Source: the human T2T-CHM13v2.0 reference genome, Homo sapiens. Taken from it: a DNA stretch of 64,000 bases. Positions 20,239 through 35,687 of this stretch are shown one piece after another (the stretch's first letter is position 1; every line of letters starts with the position of its first letter). The DNA is taken from NCBI RefSeq assembly GCF_009914755.1, contig NC_060925.1. One strand, written 5' to 3'. The notes under the pieces are model-generated. The model was not told the DNA's origin. It made no database searches and saw only the letters and a list, made by a program, of their open reading frames with translations. Made by a program: the position numbers and the translations under genes.

Positions 20239-21564
20239 TAGGCCTTTTGACCTGGCTCTAGGTTTCCCTCTGATGTCTATCTTTTTTAAGCATGGAAATT
20301 TTACTTGACTCCAGTATCATGCTGAGATCGAGAAGTTATGTTTTTTGGTATCTTGTTATACAGCATTGTCTACATGAACATGAACCTGAGAACAGTAGAT
20401 CTACCAGTAAGACGTATTTGATCACCTGTTAATATTACAGTAGAGATGATGCCGAGCCATGGTGAGAAGAGGTCTCAAGGTTGCTCTTACCTCTTTCTAC
20501 TCCAGGGTTTGGCCCCTCCGCAGAGCACGTGTAGAACTTAATGGAAGAAATGGGCTCCTGGCCGCCCTAACTCATGAGACTGATTTGTGCTAGAAAACGA
20601 ATTTGATTATTAAGAAATACAGCTGCCAAGTAATTACCATTGGTATTGCTCAGAAAGGACTTTGTCCCTTCTCCCCACCCCATACCCCCCAAGTACGGAA
20701 ACCTATTGGGAAATGAACATGAAATCCGATGGTTGCTTGGCATGAACGTAGGAAACTGCAGCCAGTAAGATGCCTTCATGAGGCTTCCATCTGGGGCTCG
20801 TTGATGGTCTGTGTTCCCCAGCCCCAGTCAGGGTTAAAGATACGGCCTGGATTTCTGAAGCTCTCTTTTCAGTTCTTTGATGAAATATATGTGAAATTAT
20901 GCAACATATAATGAATATTCAGAATGTTTTCAGTATTTTAAAAAATTACACTGGTATTTACATCTTAACAACAAAGATTATGTGAGGGAAAGGATTTAAG
21001 GTCTAGTAGGTATTAATCTTGCTCATAAAATATTAATTATTCATTATATTTATAAAGTATAAAGCTCTGTGTAAGACAGTGTGCTGGGCCTTGAGAATGT
21101 AATGGTAATCAAAACATTCTCTTTACCATCAGGAAACCCACACTGTAATGGGAGAGACAGTAAATAAAAATGGCACTGTCATATATAACTAGAGTTTGGT
21201 AAGTGTGACAGTTGAAATGGGAAGGGGGCTGCAAGACTGTTTAGCAAGGGACCCTGCCTGTATCTCTCTCAGTCCTTCCCAGCAGCACTGCAGGCAAGCA
21301 GGTCAGGTGTCCTCAGCTCTCATTTTACAGGTAAAATCCATACTCAGTAAACTAGAGTAGCCTTCCCAGGGATCACTTCGGGAGGAGTGAAAGTGGAGAC
21401 TGCAGCCAAGTTTTCTCTCTTACTCCTACTTCACTTCACATACACAGCAAAGCAATAAATACTTCATGGCATTTTTGTTGCTGTTTCATGAAGGCTGTCT
21501 CCTTATTGCCTGCAGATTAATCAGTTCTGCATTACATAGTTACTGACTTAAAATACATTTTAGT

Positions 21565-21842
21565 GTCTTACGCTTATAATCCCAGCACTTTGGGAGGCTG
21601 AGGCAGGAGGATCACTTGAGGCCAGGAGTTCAAGACTGGCCTGGGCAAGATAGTGAGACCCCTTCTCTACAAAAAATTTAAAAACAAAAATTAGTTGGGC
21701 ATGGTGGTACGTGCCTGTAGTCCCAGCTACTTAGGAGGCTGAGGCAAGAGGGTTGCTTGAGTCCAGGTGTTCAAGGCAGTAGTGAGCCAGAATTGCACCA
21801 CTGCACTCCAGGCTGGGCAGCAGAGCAAGACCCTGTCTCTTA

Positions 21843-21882
<40 letters not shown>

Positions 21883-21910
21883 TTACATACACACACACAC
21901 ATACATACAC
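21565..21910 (+). mobile_element. AluJ-like element whose tail runs into a (TA)n(CA)n microsatellite at 21861..21910
   Basis: Alu body, then A19, (TA)11 and CA repeats. Confidence 0.88.
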
Positions 21911-22978
21911 AATTTAGTTTTGTAGAAATTTTCACAACTAGGAATATGTAAATCTCATAAAGCAATCTGTTCTATTTCCATTTCACTCAAAAAACAAATT
22001 CCAAATACCTCTGAAAGGTTTTCAAGCTCACAATGTGTTTATATTAGGAACCAGGTGTACTTTTATTCCCAGATCAATCAACCATGTATTTGTTCCTTTA
22101 GCAAATATGTAGTGGGTGCCTGCTATGGACCAGACACTGTTCTAGGTACTGAAGATCCAGGAGTGAACAAAGTAGACAAAATACCTCACCCCGTGGCACT
22201 TACCTGGCAGTGGGATATAGGGAGAGACAGTTACATAAAACGTATAGTGTGTCAAGTTGTGAAATAAGGTTATATATTCAGGTACTGCTTGCCACAGACA
22301 TATGGTGTACCTGACGCCATGCAGATAGATATTGATCTAGATACAGTCTAGATGCTAAAGTAGAGAAAGGCGATTGGTGCAGCTGTTCCACTGTGATGGA
22401 AATGTGCAGGGTGAGTGAATAGTCCCTAGACGTGGAGATATTCCTGACTGCTTTTACGATACTGTCAGCATCCTATGATTGTCTTGATAATTTCTGCCTT
22501 TGGGAAACTGTTTCAGTTTTTAGGTAACTGAGCTGCATGTATCAGTTGAGAAACGGCAGGCTGGCATAATGGAAAAAGGACAGCCCAGGCTTGGGGGTCA
22601 GACGTAGGCGGATTCAAATCCTAACTGCTGCTTCTCGGTTATGTGAACTTGGGCCAGTTCCTCAGAGTACCTCATCCCCTGACTTTGTGTATCGGGGATA
22701 ATTCCTACTTTCTGGGTTGTTGTGAGAACTCCGTGAGCTGATGCAGCTGATTCAGTATGCCTCACGAATGGGACTTGCTTTACCAAGGTACCCACAGGCA
22801 GTACAGTGTGGTGGCACACAGGGTGGACTCTGGAGCCCAGACTCTGGTCCCTTCGTGAACACCTGCTTCCCCCTTACCTGCCAGGCCACCTGGAAAAGGT
22901 ATTTAATCAGGTGAAGGAGAAAATACGTGTAAAGCACTTGGAATAATAAGGATTTTCAAAATGTCAGGTATTCTTCTA

Positions 22979-23326
<348 letters not shown>

Positions 23327-23880
23327 TCACATAGAAGGTCCCAAGTAAACATCAGTTCCTTCCCTTCTTTGTAATCCTCTCTGTTGGCATGTGTGCCATT
23401 CACTGTATTCAGGTCATAGATTGAAGATGCTCTAAAATTTGAGTATAAATAAGACCGAAGGTATTGTAATAGCTACATTTTCACCACTAGGGTGGGTTGC
23501 AGAACTGTCTTAATTAGATAGCTTAAGTGTTAGGTGCAATAAACATTAAATGTTGTTTGGAAAACTTGGGGTCTTTAAAATTCTTAGAGTAAGTTACAGT
23601 TACTCAGTTACTGTCAAATTTTGAAACCAGTTATTTGCTGAAGATATTTTAGTAGCTAAGGAGGTTACTTGTCCCTGATTTCAGATTTGTACATATATAG
23701 CACTGAAACCATTACAGAAAGATGAGTGCTTTAGAGAAACTTAAGGGGCCTGTTAATGTCTCATTTGTTTCTTATTATTTTCTGTACCTTCATGAATAGA
23801 ATTCTAGCCTCATATTTTTTCTTTGGAGTCAAAGAATTGTTTTGTAAAAGCATAGATCTATTCTTGGAATAGTCTATTAA

Positions 23881-24051
<171 letters not shown>

Positions 24052-24876
24052 TGAGATTGTTAAAAATGCAAAGTTCCCTGAATTGTGTTTTGTTTTAATG
24101 CTCAGTAAATTCACTTCACAAAAATAAACTGTAAAGGGAGACAAATCTTTGCCCTCTACATTCCAGAAATTTTTGTCTTTCTCTTTTCGTTTTTAAATTA
24201 AATTTTATTCTTTGTTCCTTATTCTGTGTTACACAGAATATTTTTGTAAGAACCCATTGTAAGACAGCAAACCACGTGACTGAGAGAATTATTACATTCC
24301 AAAGGCACCAGCGTGCTCAGCCTTTGGGTTTTGGCTTCAGGATTTTTAAAATAATTTCAGTTTTAAAGATGGGAGGAGAGGGATGGTAGGTCTCAGTTTC
24401 TCTTAACTATTGTAAGGTAAAAGTGGGAAAATGTATGTGTTGAAATAACTAAAGGTGTTTTCTACAAGAGATTCAATGAATAAGTGGTAAATAGAACTAA
24501 TGGTGTCGTGTAGAGTAACTGTCCTCGGTGGTTTTCAGAATGTCTCCCATAAAATCTCTAGGGTGCATGAAATACCTGCCACGTTCTTGGAAAAAGTATA
24601 ATATATAGTTAGTTTGTTCTCTGTATTCTAAACTGGGCATAAAGAACTAGAGTTTATTTTCCTGTTTTAAAAAATTAATTATACTATGGCTTTTTAACAA
24701 TATGTTGTCCTGGAAATACCTACCTAGACTAGAACATAAGACCTTGCTCTTGAAAATTGCCGAAATGACAGAGGAGTGCCTTTCGTGTCAGCATCAGCAT
24801 TAAAAGTACCAACCTGCACACACCTAATTTAGTATTTCAGGAATTGTCATCTTAATTTTTACATGATTCTAGATGA

Positions 24877-25128
<252 letters not shown>

Positions 25129-25364
25129 TGAATGTGGTGACATCTTAGTATATATTCCTGACTTGAAGACCTCAACTGATAACAGATATTTTCATCCATT
25201 TTGGTTTGGAAAAAAAAGTCTGTAAAAAGAAAATATCACCTTTGGAAAGTGATATTTGAATTAATTGTATGCGTTCTAAAAATTAGCATATTGTGAACAG
25301 ATTTATTTAGAATTTGTTGGTACCAGTATACTGTGGCATGGTGCAGGAAACTGGATTAAAGTGA

Positions 25365-25838
<474 letters not shown>

Positions 25839-26463
25839 TAGAATGTATTTGTAACAGTTGCAGTTCACTTTTACTGAAGAATTAACTTCTCTGTAAATAC
25901 CAACGAATTATAGATTTCCCTCCCTACATGGGCATCTCTTTAAACAAAAAGAGTGGATTTTAGAATGCATTTTAAATAATAAAGTATATTAAAATGAAAA
26001 TCCCTTTCTGTCATTTCAAACAGAAAATCTTTGTGACCTAAATTCAGTGAAAAACTTTGGCTCTTTTCTTGACATGTATTTACTTTTCTCAAATACAAGG
26101 TAAGGAGCACTCAAAAAGAGCTGGATCAGTAGTAAAACTGGCATCATATTGAAAAGTTAACCTAGTTGCATTGTATGGCATAGGGGATGTTCAATAATAT
26201 AGAAATCAAATTAGATTGACATTTAAATTTAGCTAACTTTCCCTTCATTTTTCTTCCTGAATGTTAATATAACTTGGAAGTTGTGATGGATCTTGGTCAC
26301 TAAATGTTATTAACCTCTATCATTGTCAAATGTAGACGTTTTACACAGTGGGGTGAAATTTTTGAGGTCAATAATGATAACAGCTATATGCTTCAGGACT
26401 TGACATGATTTACACCACAGAAAGTCAAACTGCTGCTCCCAGAGGTGACATCACTGGGAACTT

Positions 26464-26853
26464 TCTTAGTTTGTACTGCTGTAACAAAATACCTGTGACT
26501 AGATAATGGATAAAGAACAGAAACCTATTTCTTACAGTTTTGGAGGCGAGGAAGTCCAAGATCAGGGCACCGGCAGGTTCAGTGTCTAGCGAGGGCCAGG
26601 TCTGTGCTTCTCAGAGAACATCACTTCCTTGAAGGGGACAAACGCTGTGTCCTCACATGGCACAAGGGACAGAAAGGCAGAAAGAGACTTAGCTAGTTCC
26701 TTCTAGCCCTTTTGAAAGGTTGCAAATCCCATTCATGAGAACAGAGTCCTCATGACTTTGTCACTTCCTAAAGGCCGTGGCTGTTCACTGTCACATTGAG
26801 TTTTAAGTTGCAACATAGGAGTCATGGGGGACACACACATTCAAACCATAGTA
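26464..26853 (-). mobile_element. Older MaLR solo LTR (MLT1A/MST-like)
   Basis: CTGCTGTAACAAAATACC...GAAGTCCAAGATCAGGG...ACATTCAAACCATAG motifs. Confidence 0.7.
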
Positions 26854-27391
26854 GAGCCCATTGGACTCCCCAGACAGAGCAAGTCCTGTTCTTTCATTTT
26901 TTTTCTTTTCACCTCGATAGGAAGTTGAGCATTCCATTGGTTTCTTCTGCTGTTACATGTAAGGGCACAAGATAGGAATCACAGCTGCTTTTTTTATTGT
27001 CCCTTGAAACCCCTACATTTCTCCTCTGCAAAAGAATTTATCTTAAATACAATTTTTACTATATAGATTATTATTCCATGTCCTAGCAGAGAGAATTCTT
27101 TTAGGAGGTTTTTAAAGCTAAAGTGTCTAAATGTTTTTCTCATTGTCTGGTCCTGCTAGTCCTGCTCACAGCTGCCTGGGCCTAGGATCTCATGGTAGTA
27201 TCACAGTTTCACACACTGACCTCTGTCCTCATCTCAGTATAGCTTCCCTTCTCACTTGCTGCATTATTCAGTTTCTTATCATCGACCATGGATCTTGTAA
27301 TGCCATCGGTACTATTTTTTTTTGAAGGCTATATCTTTAAGTAGATGGCAATATTCCATCATTCACTTTTTATAAAATTGAAGCTGCAGGT

Positions 27392-27730
<339 letters not shown>

Positions 27731-30700
27731 CTACTTTAGAAACTGAAATGTTCCCACTCCTTAGATAGATTCTTACATTTGGCTCTAATAGCACACACAG
27801 GATGTGACTTTGGAGAAGAAGGAAGATCTCTTGCCATTTGGCACAGCTTTGGAGAACCAATGTTTCTGGGAGATCTTGATTTTATTAACATTTGGAGACC
27901 TACAAGTTTAAAGAGCTACAGAAACCTTTATACTCTTTGCTTGAGAGACATGAGGATGCAACTTAAAAATGTTATAATTTAAATGTTAGAAATTGACTAG
28001 AGATGTATACCAATGAAAAGGAAAATGCTTAGTTAAGCATGATCATTGTTTACATGTGTTATAGGAACTTAAGTTTAAAATTTATATTTATCTTTCTTAC
28101 AACCTAAGAGCAAATAATGCTTTAAAGAGAGATTTTAAAAGTTAGTATGAGTTAATATGGGAGGGCAAGGAATAACAGGGATATGTAAAGCCCCTTCAGC
28201 TACATGTACAGAGGCCAACTACAAGAGACATCATTGAGGAAATCTGGGAAAAGTAAGTGTCCATGTCTAGGGTGATGGAATGTCTGAGTGAGAGAAGAGG
28301 ACCCTTAAGTTGAACAGGTTCAGAGTGAGATTGCTTCCAGTTTCTGCTCAGGGATGTAGAGAGCCAGAAACAGCATCACCCCAGACTTAACAACAGAAAA
28401 ATCTAGATGAAAGGCAAGTTCAAGACCTTTCTTGACTTCAGAGTGCTGAGGTTACAGAGCAGCCAGCAGGCCTAAAATCTAAGGAGAGAAACATATTTGC
28501 AGGGAGGAGCAAGATGCAGCACTGGATTCCAGTGCACCGACAGCCTGAGTCAAGTAACTTGCAAAAGACAGACCCTCTCGAAGGCACAATGCCAAGGAAA
28601 GACCAAAAGCTGAAAGTGGAGCAGATACTGAGAAAAAACAAAAAAATTACCCACCAAACCAGCCACCAGCTGAGGCAAGAAGTATAACTAGAGGAATTTG
28701 AAAGCTGTTGTACATGCTGTAGAACCATTACAATACTCAAACCTGGCCTAAAAAATAGATTAATTCAGAGGTCTAAAAGAAGGAAAGGCATGCCCAGTCT
28801 CTGTGTCCTACACAAGTTACACAGTTCTCAACAAGAAATTATGTAGCATATGATGGGCAAGAAGGGAAAAAAGAAACCTCCCAAGAGACAAAACCATCAT
28901 CAGAACAAGACTCAGAGAGGACACAGAAGTTGGAACTATCTGACAGGGAAAGTAAAATAATTATGAATGATGTATTAAAGGCTAGTGGACAAAGTGGGCA
29001 CCATGCAGGACCGGGTGGGTAATCACAGCGTAGAGATGGGCATGAAAGAAACCCTCAAATGGAAATGTAACATCTGTAACATCAATGCCAGAGATGAGGA
29101 ACGCATTTGATAGCACTCAACACAGCCTGGAAAAGAATCATTATTCAAGCTGAAACAGAGAAAGAAGAATGAAGCAAACAGAATAGAGCATTCTAAGAAT
29201 TTGGAGACAGCCTCAAACTGTCCAACATAGGTGTAATTGGAATCTCAGAAGAAATAGTTGAAGAAATAACAGTCAGGAATTTTCTACTGAGCCAAAGACC
29301 ATCAAGTAAGTTAAATACAGAACAAAAACAAAACAAAACACTTGGGCATATCATATTCAAACTGATGGAAAAAAGAAAATCTTGAAAGCAGAGAAAAAAG
29401 ACAGATTACATACAGAGAAACAAAGACAAGAATTGTAACAGACATTTCTTCAGAAACCATGCACACTAAAAAGACAATAGAGTAGCATCCTCAACCAGAA
29501 AAACTGTCAGCACAGAATTCTATACCTAGTGAAAACGATATGTAAGAAAATAAAGGTGATATAAAGATTTTCTCAAAAATCATGGGAATTTATTTCCAGC
29601 ACACTTACTCCACAAGAAATGCTAAAGGAATTTCTTAGAAAGAGTATGATACCAGACCAAAAACTTGGATCTACACAAAGAAGTGAAAAGCACTGGAAAG
29701 GGAATAAATGAAGATAAAATAAATTCTATTTTTTAATTTTTAAAATTAATCATAAAGATAATGGACTAAAGCAAAACCAGCAAACTGGATTTATAGCATA
29801 TATAAAAGTAATCTTTGTGACAACAATACTACAGAGGGTGGGAGGAAGTTATTGGGAATATACTATTAGTTCCTTATACTGTATTTGAAACAGTATTTTA
29901 TTATTTGGAGGTAGACACTGAGTACTCAAGAATATATATTGGAAACTTTAGGAAAACAATTCGAAAATATTTTTTAAGTATAAATAATAAGTTAATAGAG
30001 GAGGTAAAATGGAATTTAAGACACTTAACCCAAAATGGTGGTCAGAAACCAAATGGACTGAAGCCGGGAGTGGTGTTATGTGCCAGCTACTAAGAACACT
30101 GAGGTGAGAGGATCACTTGAGCCCAGGAGTTCGAGTCCAGCCTGGGCAACGTAGCCATACTTCATCTCTAAAAATACACTTAAATAGCAAATGGAACAAA
30201 CAGAAAACAGCTAGTGGCTGGCATATTTTAATCCAGCAACATCAGCAATCACTAATGTACTGAATATATGAATCATATTCAATCCAGTTATTCATATTCA
30301 ATATTAATAATCTCCGTACACTAATTTACAAGACTGAAATCGTCAAATTGGATGAAAAGATCCAGCTACATACTATCTACAAGAACCCATTGTGAAAATA
30401 AACATAGGTTAAAAGCAAAAGAGTAGAAAAGATATACCATGCTAACACAGAAGAAAGCGGGAAGCTGTATTATTACACAAAGTAAACTTCAGAACAAGGA
30501 ATGTTAGTAGAGTTAGAAAGAGAGACTGTGTAACAGATAAAGGAGTTGATTCCTTAGGAACATAGAACAGTCTTACATGTTTATGTATCTAATATCAGAG
30601 CTGTTTATTCTCTAGCCATAATGGATTAAACTAGAAATCAGTAACAGAGGTATCCAGAAAATCCTCAAATGTTCAGAAATTAAATAACTTCATACTTACA

Positions 30701-30750
30701 AATAATCCACAGGTCAGAGAGGAAGTTTCAAGGGAAATAAAAACATTTTG

Positions 30751-31066
<316 letters not shown>

Positions 31067-31420
31067 GAATTGAACAAAATGAAAAGAGAACATAAAATAT
31101 GTGGGATATACCTAAAACACTGCTTAAAGGGAAATTTACAGCACTGAGTGTTTATATGGAAAAAAGAAGAATGGTCTCGACTCAGTAATCTAAGCTTCCT
31201 CCTTAAAAATAAGAGAAAAAAGAACAAATTGTTTCACAAGTAAGCAATAAGAAGGAAATAATAAAGACCAGATATCAATGGAATTGAAGAGAAACTAAGT
31301 TAAATCAAAGGGTAATAAAATTAATAAGTCTTTAGCCATACTGAACAAAAGAAAAGAAAGGAAGGACAGGTTGGACTTTATCAAAATTTAAAACTTCTCC
31401 TTTTTGAAAGAGACTGATAA

Positions 31421-31460
31421 CTATGGCCATACCACCCTGAACGTACCCAATCTTATCTGA
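31421..31460 (+). pseudogene. 5S rRNA 5' fragment (about nt 3-42), tailless retrocopy
   Basis: CTATGGCCATACCACCCTGAACGTACCCAATCTTATCTGA versus 5S CTACGGCCATACCACCCTGAACGCGCCCGATCTCGTCTGA; imperfect 14-bp TSD. Confidence 0.88.
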
Positions 31461-33689
31461 AAGGCACTGATAAGACAAATGAAAAGACAAAATAGTTGCA
31501 AATGATATATACAATAATGAAGTTATATCCAGTGTACATAAAGAACGCTCAAAACTCAAGAAGACAACCCAATTAGAAACATTTTTCCAAAGAAGATACA
31601 TAAACAGTAAATAGCATATGAAAAGATGCTGAACCTAAGTCATTAGACAAAAAAAATGTAAACCATATGAGATAACACCACACATCTGTGAGAATGGCTA
31701 AGTTTTTTTAAAAAACTGACAAGTGTTGACAAGGACACAGAGTGACCAGAGCACTCACCTATTGTTGGAGGTAATGCCAAATTGTACAGCCACTTTGGGA
31801 AAGTTTGACATTTCCCATAAAGTTAGACATACTCTTACCATGTAACTTAGCAATTCTATTCCTAGTGATTTACCCAACTGAAATAGAAACTTAAGTTCAC
31901 GCAAAAACCTGTACATGAATATTTATTACACTGTTACTCTCCAAACACAGAAACAACCCAAATGTCATTCAGCAGGAGAATGGATAAGCTATGTGTATCC
32001 ACACAGTGAAATGCTACTTAACGGTGAAGAGAAATGAACTTGATTCACAGACCATTGTATATATAAATCTTAAATACATTTCATTAAGTGAAAGAAGGCA
32101 GAACCAAAAGGTTACATATTGTACAATTCCATTCTGGAAAAGCGTTCTTTCTGGAATGCTCTAGCTCTGGAAAACAGATCAGTATTTACTATGATTGGGT
32201 AGAGAAGGAGGTGACTACAGAGGGACAGCTGTAAGGACATTTTTAAGTCATGGAAATGTTCTTTTGGTTACTGTGGTGATGGATACACAACTTTCCGTGC
32301 ATTTGCCAAAACCCACAGATTTGTGCACTCCATCTCACCCCAAAATGCAGAGAGAACCCAAGATGAGATGCAGGCATTGACAACTGAGTCCAACTGCATT
32401 ACAGATGACAGGCCTAAACACACGGAAGGGGTGGGGAAGAACGGAGCTCAGTAGCTTTGGAAAACAGTGCTTCAACTGTATCTCCTAGGGCTAAATACAA
32501 AATTATGAATGTGCACAAACACTGTACGCAAGTTGGTGTATTCGTTTCCCACCAGAGTATGGGTTAGCAATTCTAAAGCGACTTTATACTAGGGTTGAAC
32601 AAATTGTGGAAGCCGCTATAGATAACGATGACCAGACTCCTCACTATCAGGAAAGCCACACAAAGCAGAAGGGAAGGAACTCCATGGTGCTGGATTGGCG
32701 CGAACAGTTTCAGTGTGGACTCATGCCCCTTTTGTTTAATATACAGAGGGATGGATAGACACGGGTTAGTATATTATACCAAATAAAGAATAAAACAGAT
32801 GGTTCAGGCAAAGATTATCAAGGAATGAAATAGAGGTGAAAGGTTAATGGAGAACTTAAACTTTGAGAAGTTTAAAAGAAACAGAATACTTGCGTGATCT
32901 CAAAGTATTCCTCCAAAACATATTATTTATTACATTGTAAAATAGTAACTTTACACAGGACAAACAAACCTGAGAGACACCATGTTAACCAATGAACAAG
33001 GTAACAAAACATACTGACATCATGTACCCTGGGATGATGCACAAGGAAGGACACTGCACCTCCGCCGCATTCTCTCCCCAAATGCATAACCTCAATCTAA
33101 TCATGAGAAGACATCAGAGAAACTCAAATCGAAGGCCATCCCACTAAAGTTCTGACCCTGAACGGAAAACAACATTGAGTGGTAAACTGATAAAATCCAA
33201 AGAAGGTCTGTTTTCCAGTTAGTAGAATGGTACCACTGTTCATTTCCTAGTTGGGGTCATTTTATTATGGTTGTAGACCATGGTAACATTAGTGGAAGCT
33301 GGGTGATGGGCATATAGGAACTCTATTGTACTATTTTTGCAACTCTTCAAGTCTAAAATTATTTCAAAATTAAAAGTTAAAAATCATTAATGAGTGAAAG
33401 GTAATACAGTCATTTTTCCATAATATGCTCTGAAAATAGAGAAGCCTCTTCCAAGCCAGCTAAAAATGACCAGCATCTAACACTTCTACAAAACTTCTCA
33501 GTAGTACATGACATAATTAGTTACTCCTTCCTTAAGAAAGTTTTCATTCTTGGTCGCTGTGAGGCCAAACCTTGCAGGATTTTCTGTTATCTTTCCAGCT
33601 ACCCTTTTTCAGTCTCCTTTATTGGCTCATTGTCCTTTATAGGAAGTTTTTAGTGCTTAAGCCTGGAGGTTTTTTCTTCTCTCTAAACT

Positions 33690-33885
33690 ACTACATCTAC
33701 AATGGTGGCCACTTGCCACATGTGGCAATTTAAATTCAAATTCAATACAATTAAATGTAATACAATTAACATTTAGTTTCTCAGTTGCTTTAGCCATATT
33801 CCAAGTGTTTAATAGTTACGTTAGCACATATAATACTAGTCAGCACAAATAATCCATCAGTCATCACAGAAAGTTCTGTTGGACA
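33690..33885. mobile_element. MER3/MER33-like hAT-Charlie relic
   Basis: GCCACTTGCCACATGTGGC...CATCACAGAAAGTTCTGTTGGACA. Confidence 0.65.
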
Positions 33886-34252
33886 CAGGCTCCACCTGGG
33901 AGATGCTGTGTACTTCACACAGCATCACGTAAGATGCACAGGTCTTCCCACATTCCACCCTTAGTGATTGCCAGGGTTGATCAGTTGTACAGGAAGCGTC
34001 AGCTTAACATTGGAAAGCTCCCCATCAACCTTAAACCTATGGTTTCATTCCTTGATAATCTTTGTTGGAAATTTTTGTTTCATTCCTTATTTTTCTAAAT
34101 ACAATCGTAGCCATTCTATGTGTAATGTGCTCTGCACCTTATTTTATTCATTACGTGTTGTGGATATCTTTCTATTAGTGCATTTTAGATCTGCACTCAT
34201 TTTTAATAGCCGCATGATATTCTGTTGATATATACATGATAAAGTGCCATGA

Positions 34253-34495
<243 letters not shown>

Positions 34496-34726
34496 TAAGT
34501 CTGTTCCGGAAGCATACACTGCCACTGTAGAGACTTCATAGAATTTTTAATAGCTGCTCTGACTTGGTTTTTCACTATAAATCAGTAGACGTTTATGGCG
34601 TGCCTAACACATACGCTGAACATTTCAGAAGGCACAAAAAGCTAGAAGATGCATTCCTTCTTTGAAGGAACTGTGGTATAGTTCAGAAGACAAGACCTAA
34701 TTTTGTCAAAATTAAATGGTGTAAGG

Positions 34727-34957
34727 CAAGCTTCTCCAACCCATGGCCCACAGGCTGCATGTGGCACAGGACAGCTTTGAGTGCAGCCCAACACAAGTAT
34801 GTAAACTTTCTTAAAACGTTATGAGATTTTTTTGTGTGATTTTTTTTTTTTTTTAGTTCGTCAGTTATGATTAGTATTAGTGTATTTTATGTGTGGCCTA
34901 AGACAATTATTCTTCTTCCAGTGTGGCCCAGGGAAGCCAAAAGATTGGACACCCATG
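34727..34957 (-). mobile_element. MER30-like hAT-Charlie MITE
   Basis: MER30 body; 8-bp TSD-like GTGTAAGG/GTATAAGA. Confidence 0.8.
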
Positions 34958-35161
34958 GTATAAGATTTGAAGGTTAATTCAAGACCACAGTAAAAGAAAT
35001 GTTACAATCCAGTGATTGAGGCTGGGATGGTCAGGGAAGACTTTATCAAAGAAGAAAGTACAAAGTATGCCAAACATAAGTGGCATGAGAAAAGCAAAGA
35101 GGTGGGAAATGGCACAATTAGGGAACAGGTAAGAATGTGTGGCCTAATTATGTTGTTACAG

Positions 35162-35286
35162 ATACCTGAAGAGCTACAACATTCCAGCTTTGAAAAGAAA
35201 GTGTATCTCCTGTACAAATACAACTTCTTCCTCCTCAGAAGAAGACAAACAGAACCACAAGGCAGATGATGTCCAAGCCTTACAAG
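35162..35286 (+). CDS. PER3: PER3 exon 14 ([14 protein letters not shown]...DVQALQ)
   Basis: ttacag| acceptor, G|gtaaca donor, 125 nt. Confidence 0.94.
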
Positions 35287-35513
35287 GTAACAAGAATGCC
35301 CCTCAGAGTTAAATTCAAAGAACTGTAAATACATCCTTCTTGTTTCTCTTTAATGTCTTATATTGTTATAAGCATAAAATTCTGGTTTCATATTACCTCT
35401 TTATGACAGTAAGGTTTAATTTCTCAGTTACAAACTTCTGTAAACTGGGTCTTTTATGTAAATTTCTCGTTGGGAATTTTTCTTTTCACTGTCAGTTTCT
35501 CTTACACCACCAG

Positions 35514-35687
35514 CTGGTTTGCAAATCCCAGCCATACCTAAATCAGAAATGCCAACAAATGGACGGTCCATAGACACAGGAGGAGGAGCTCCACAGATCC
35601 TGTCCACGGCGATGCTGAGCTTGGGGTCGGGCATAAGCCAATGCGGTTACAGCAGCACCATTGTCCATGTCCCACCCCCAGAGACAG
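35514..35687 (+). CDS. PER3: PER3 exon 15 (AGLQIPA...[17 protein letters not shown])
   Basis: accag| acceptor, G|gtacca donor, 174 nt; homologous to the PER2 FASP serine cluster. Confidence 0.93.
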
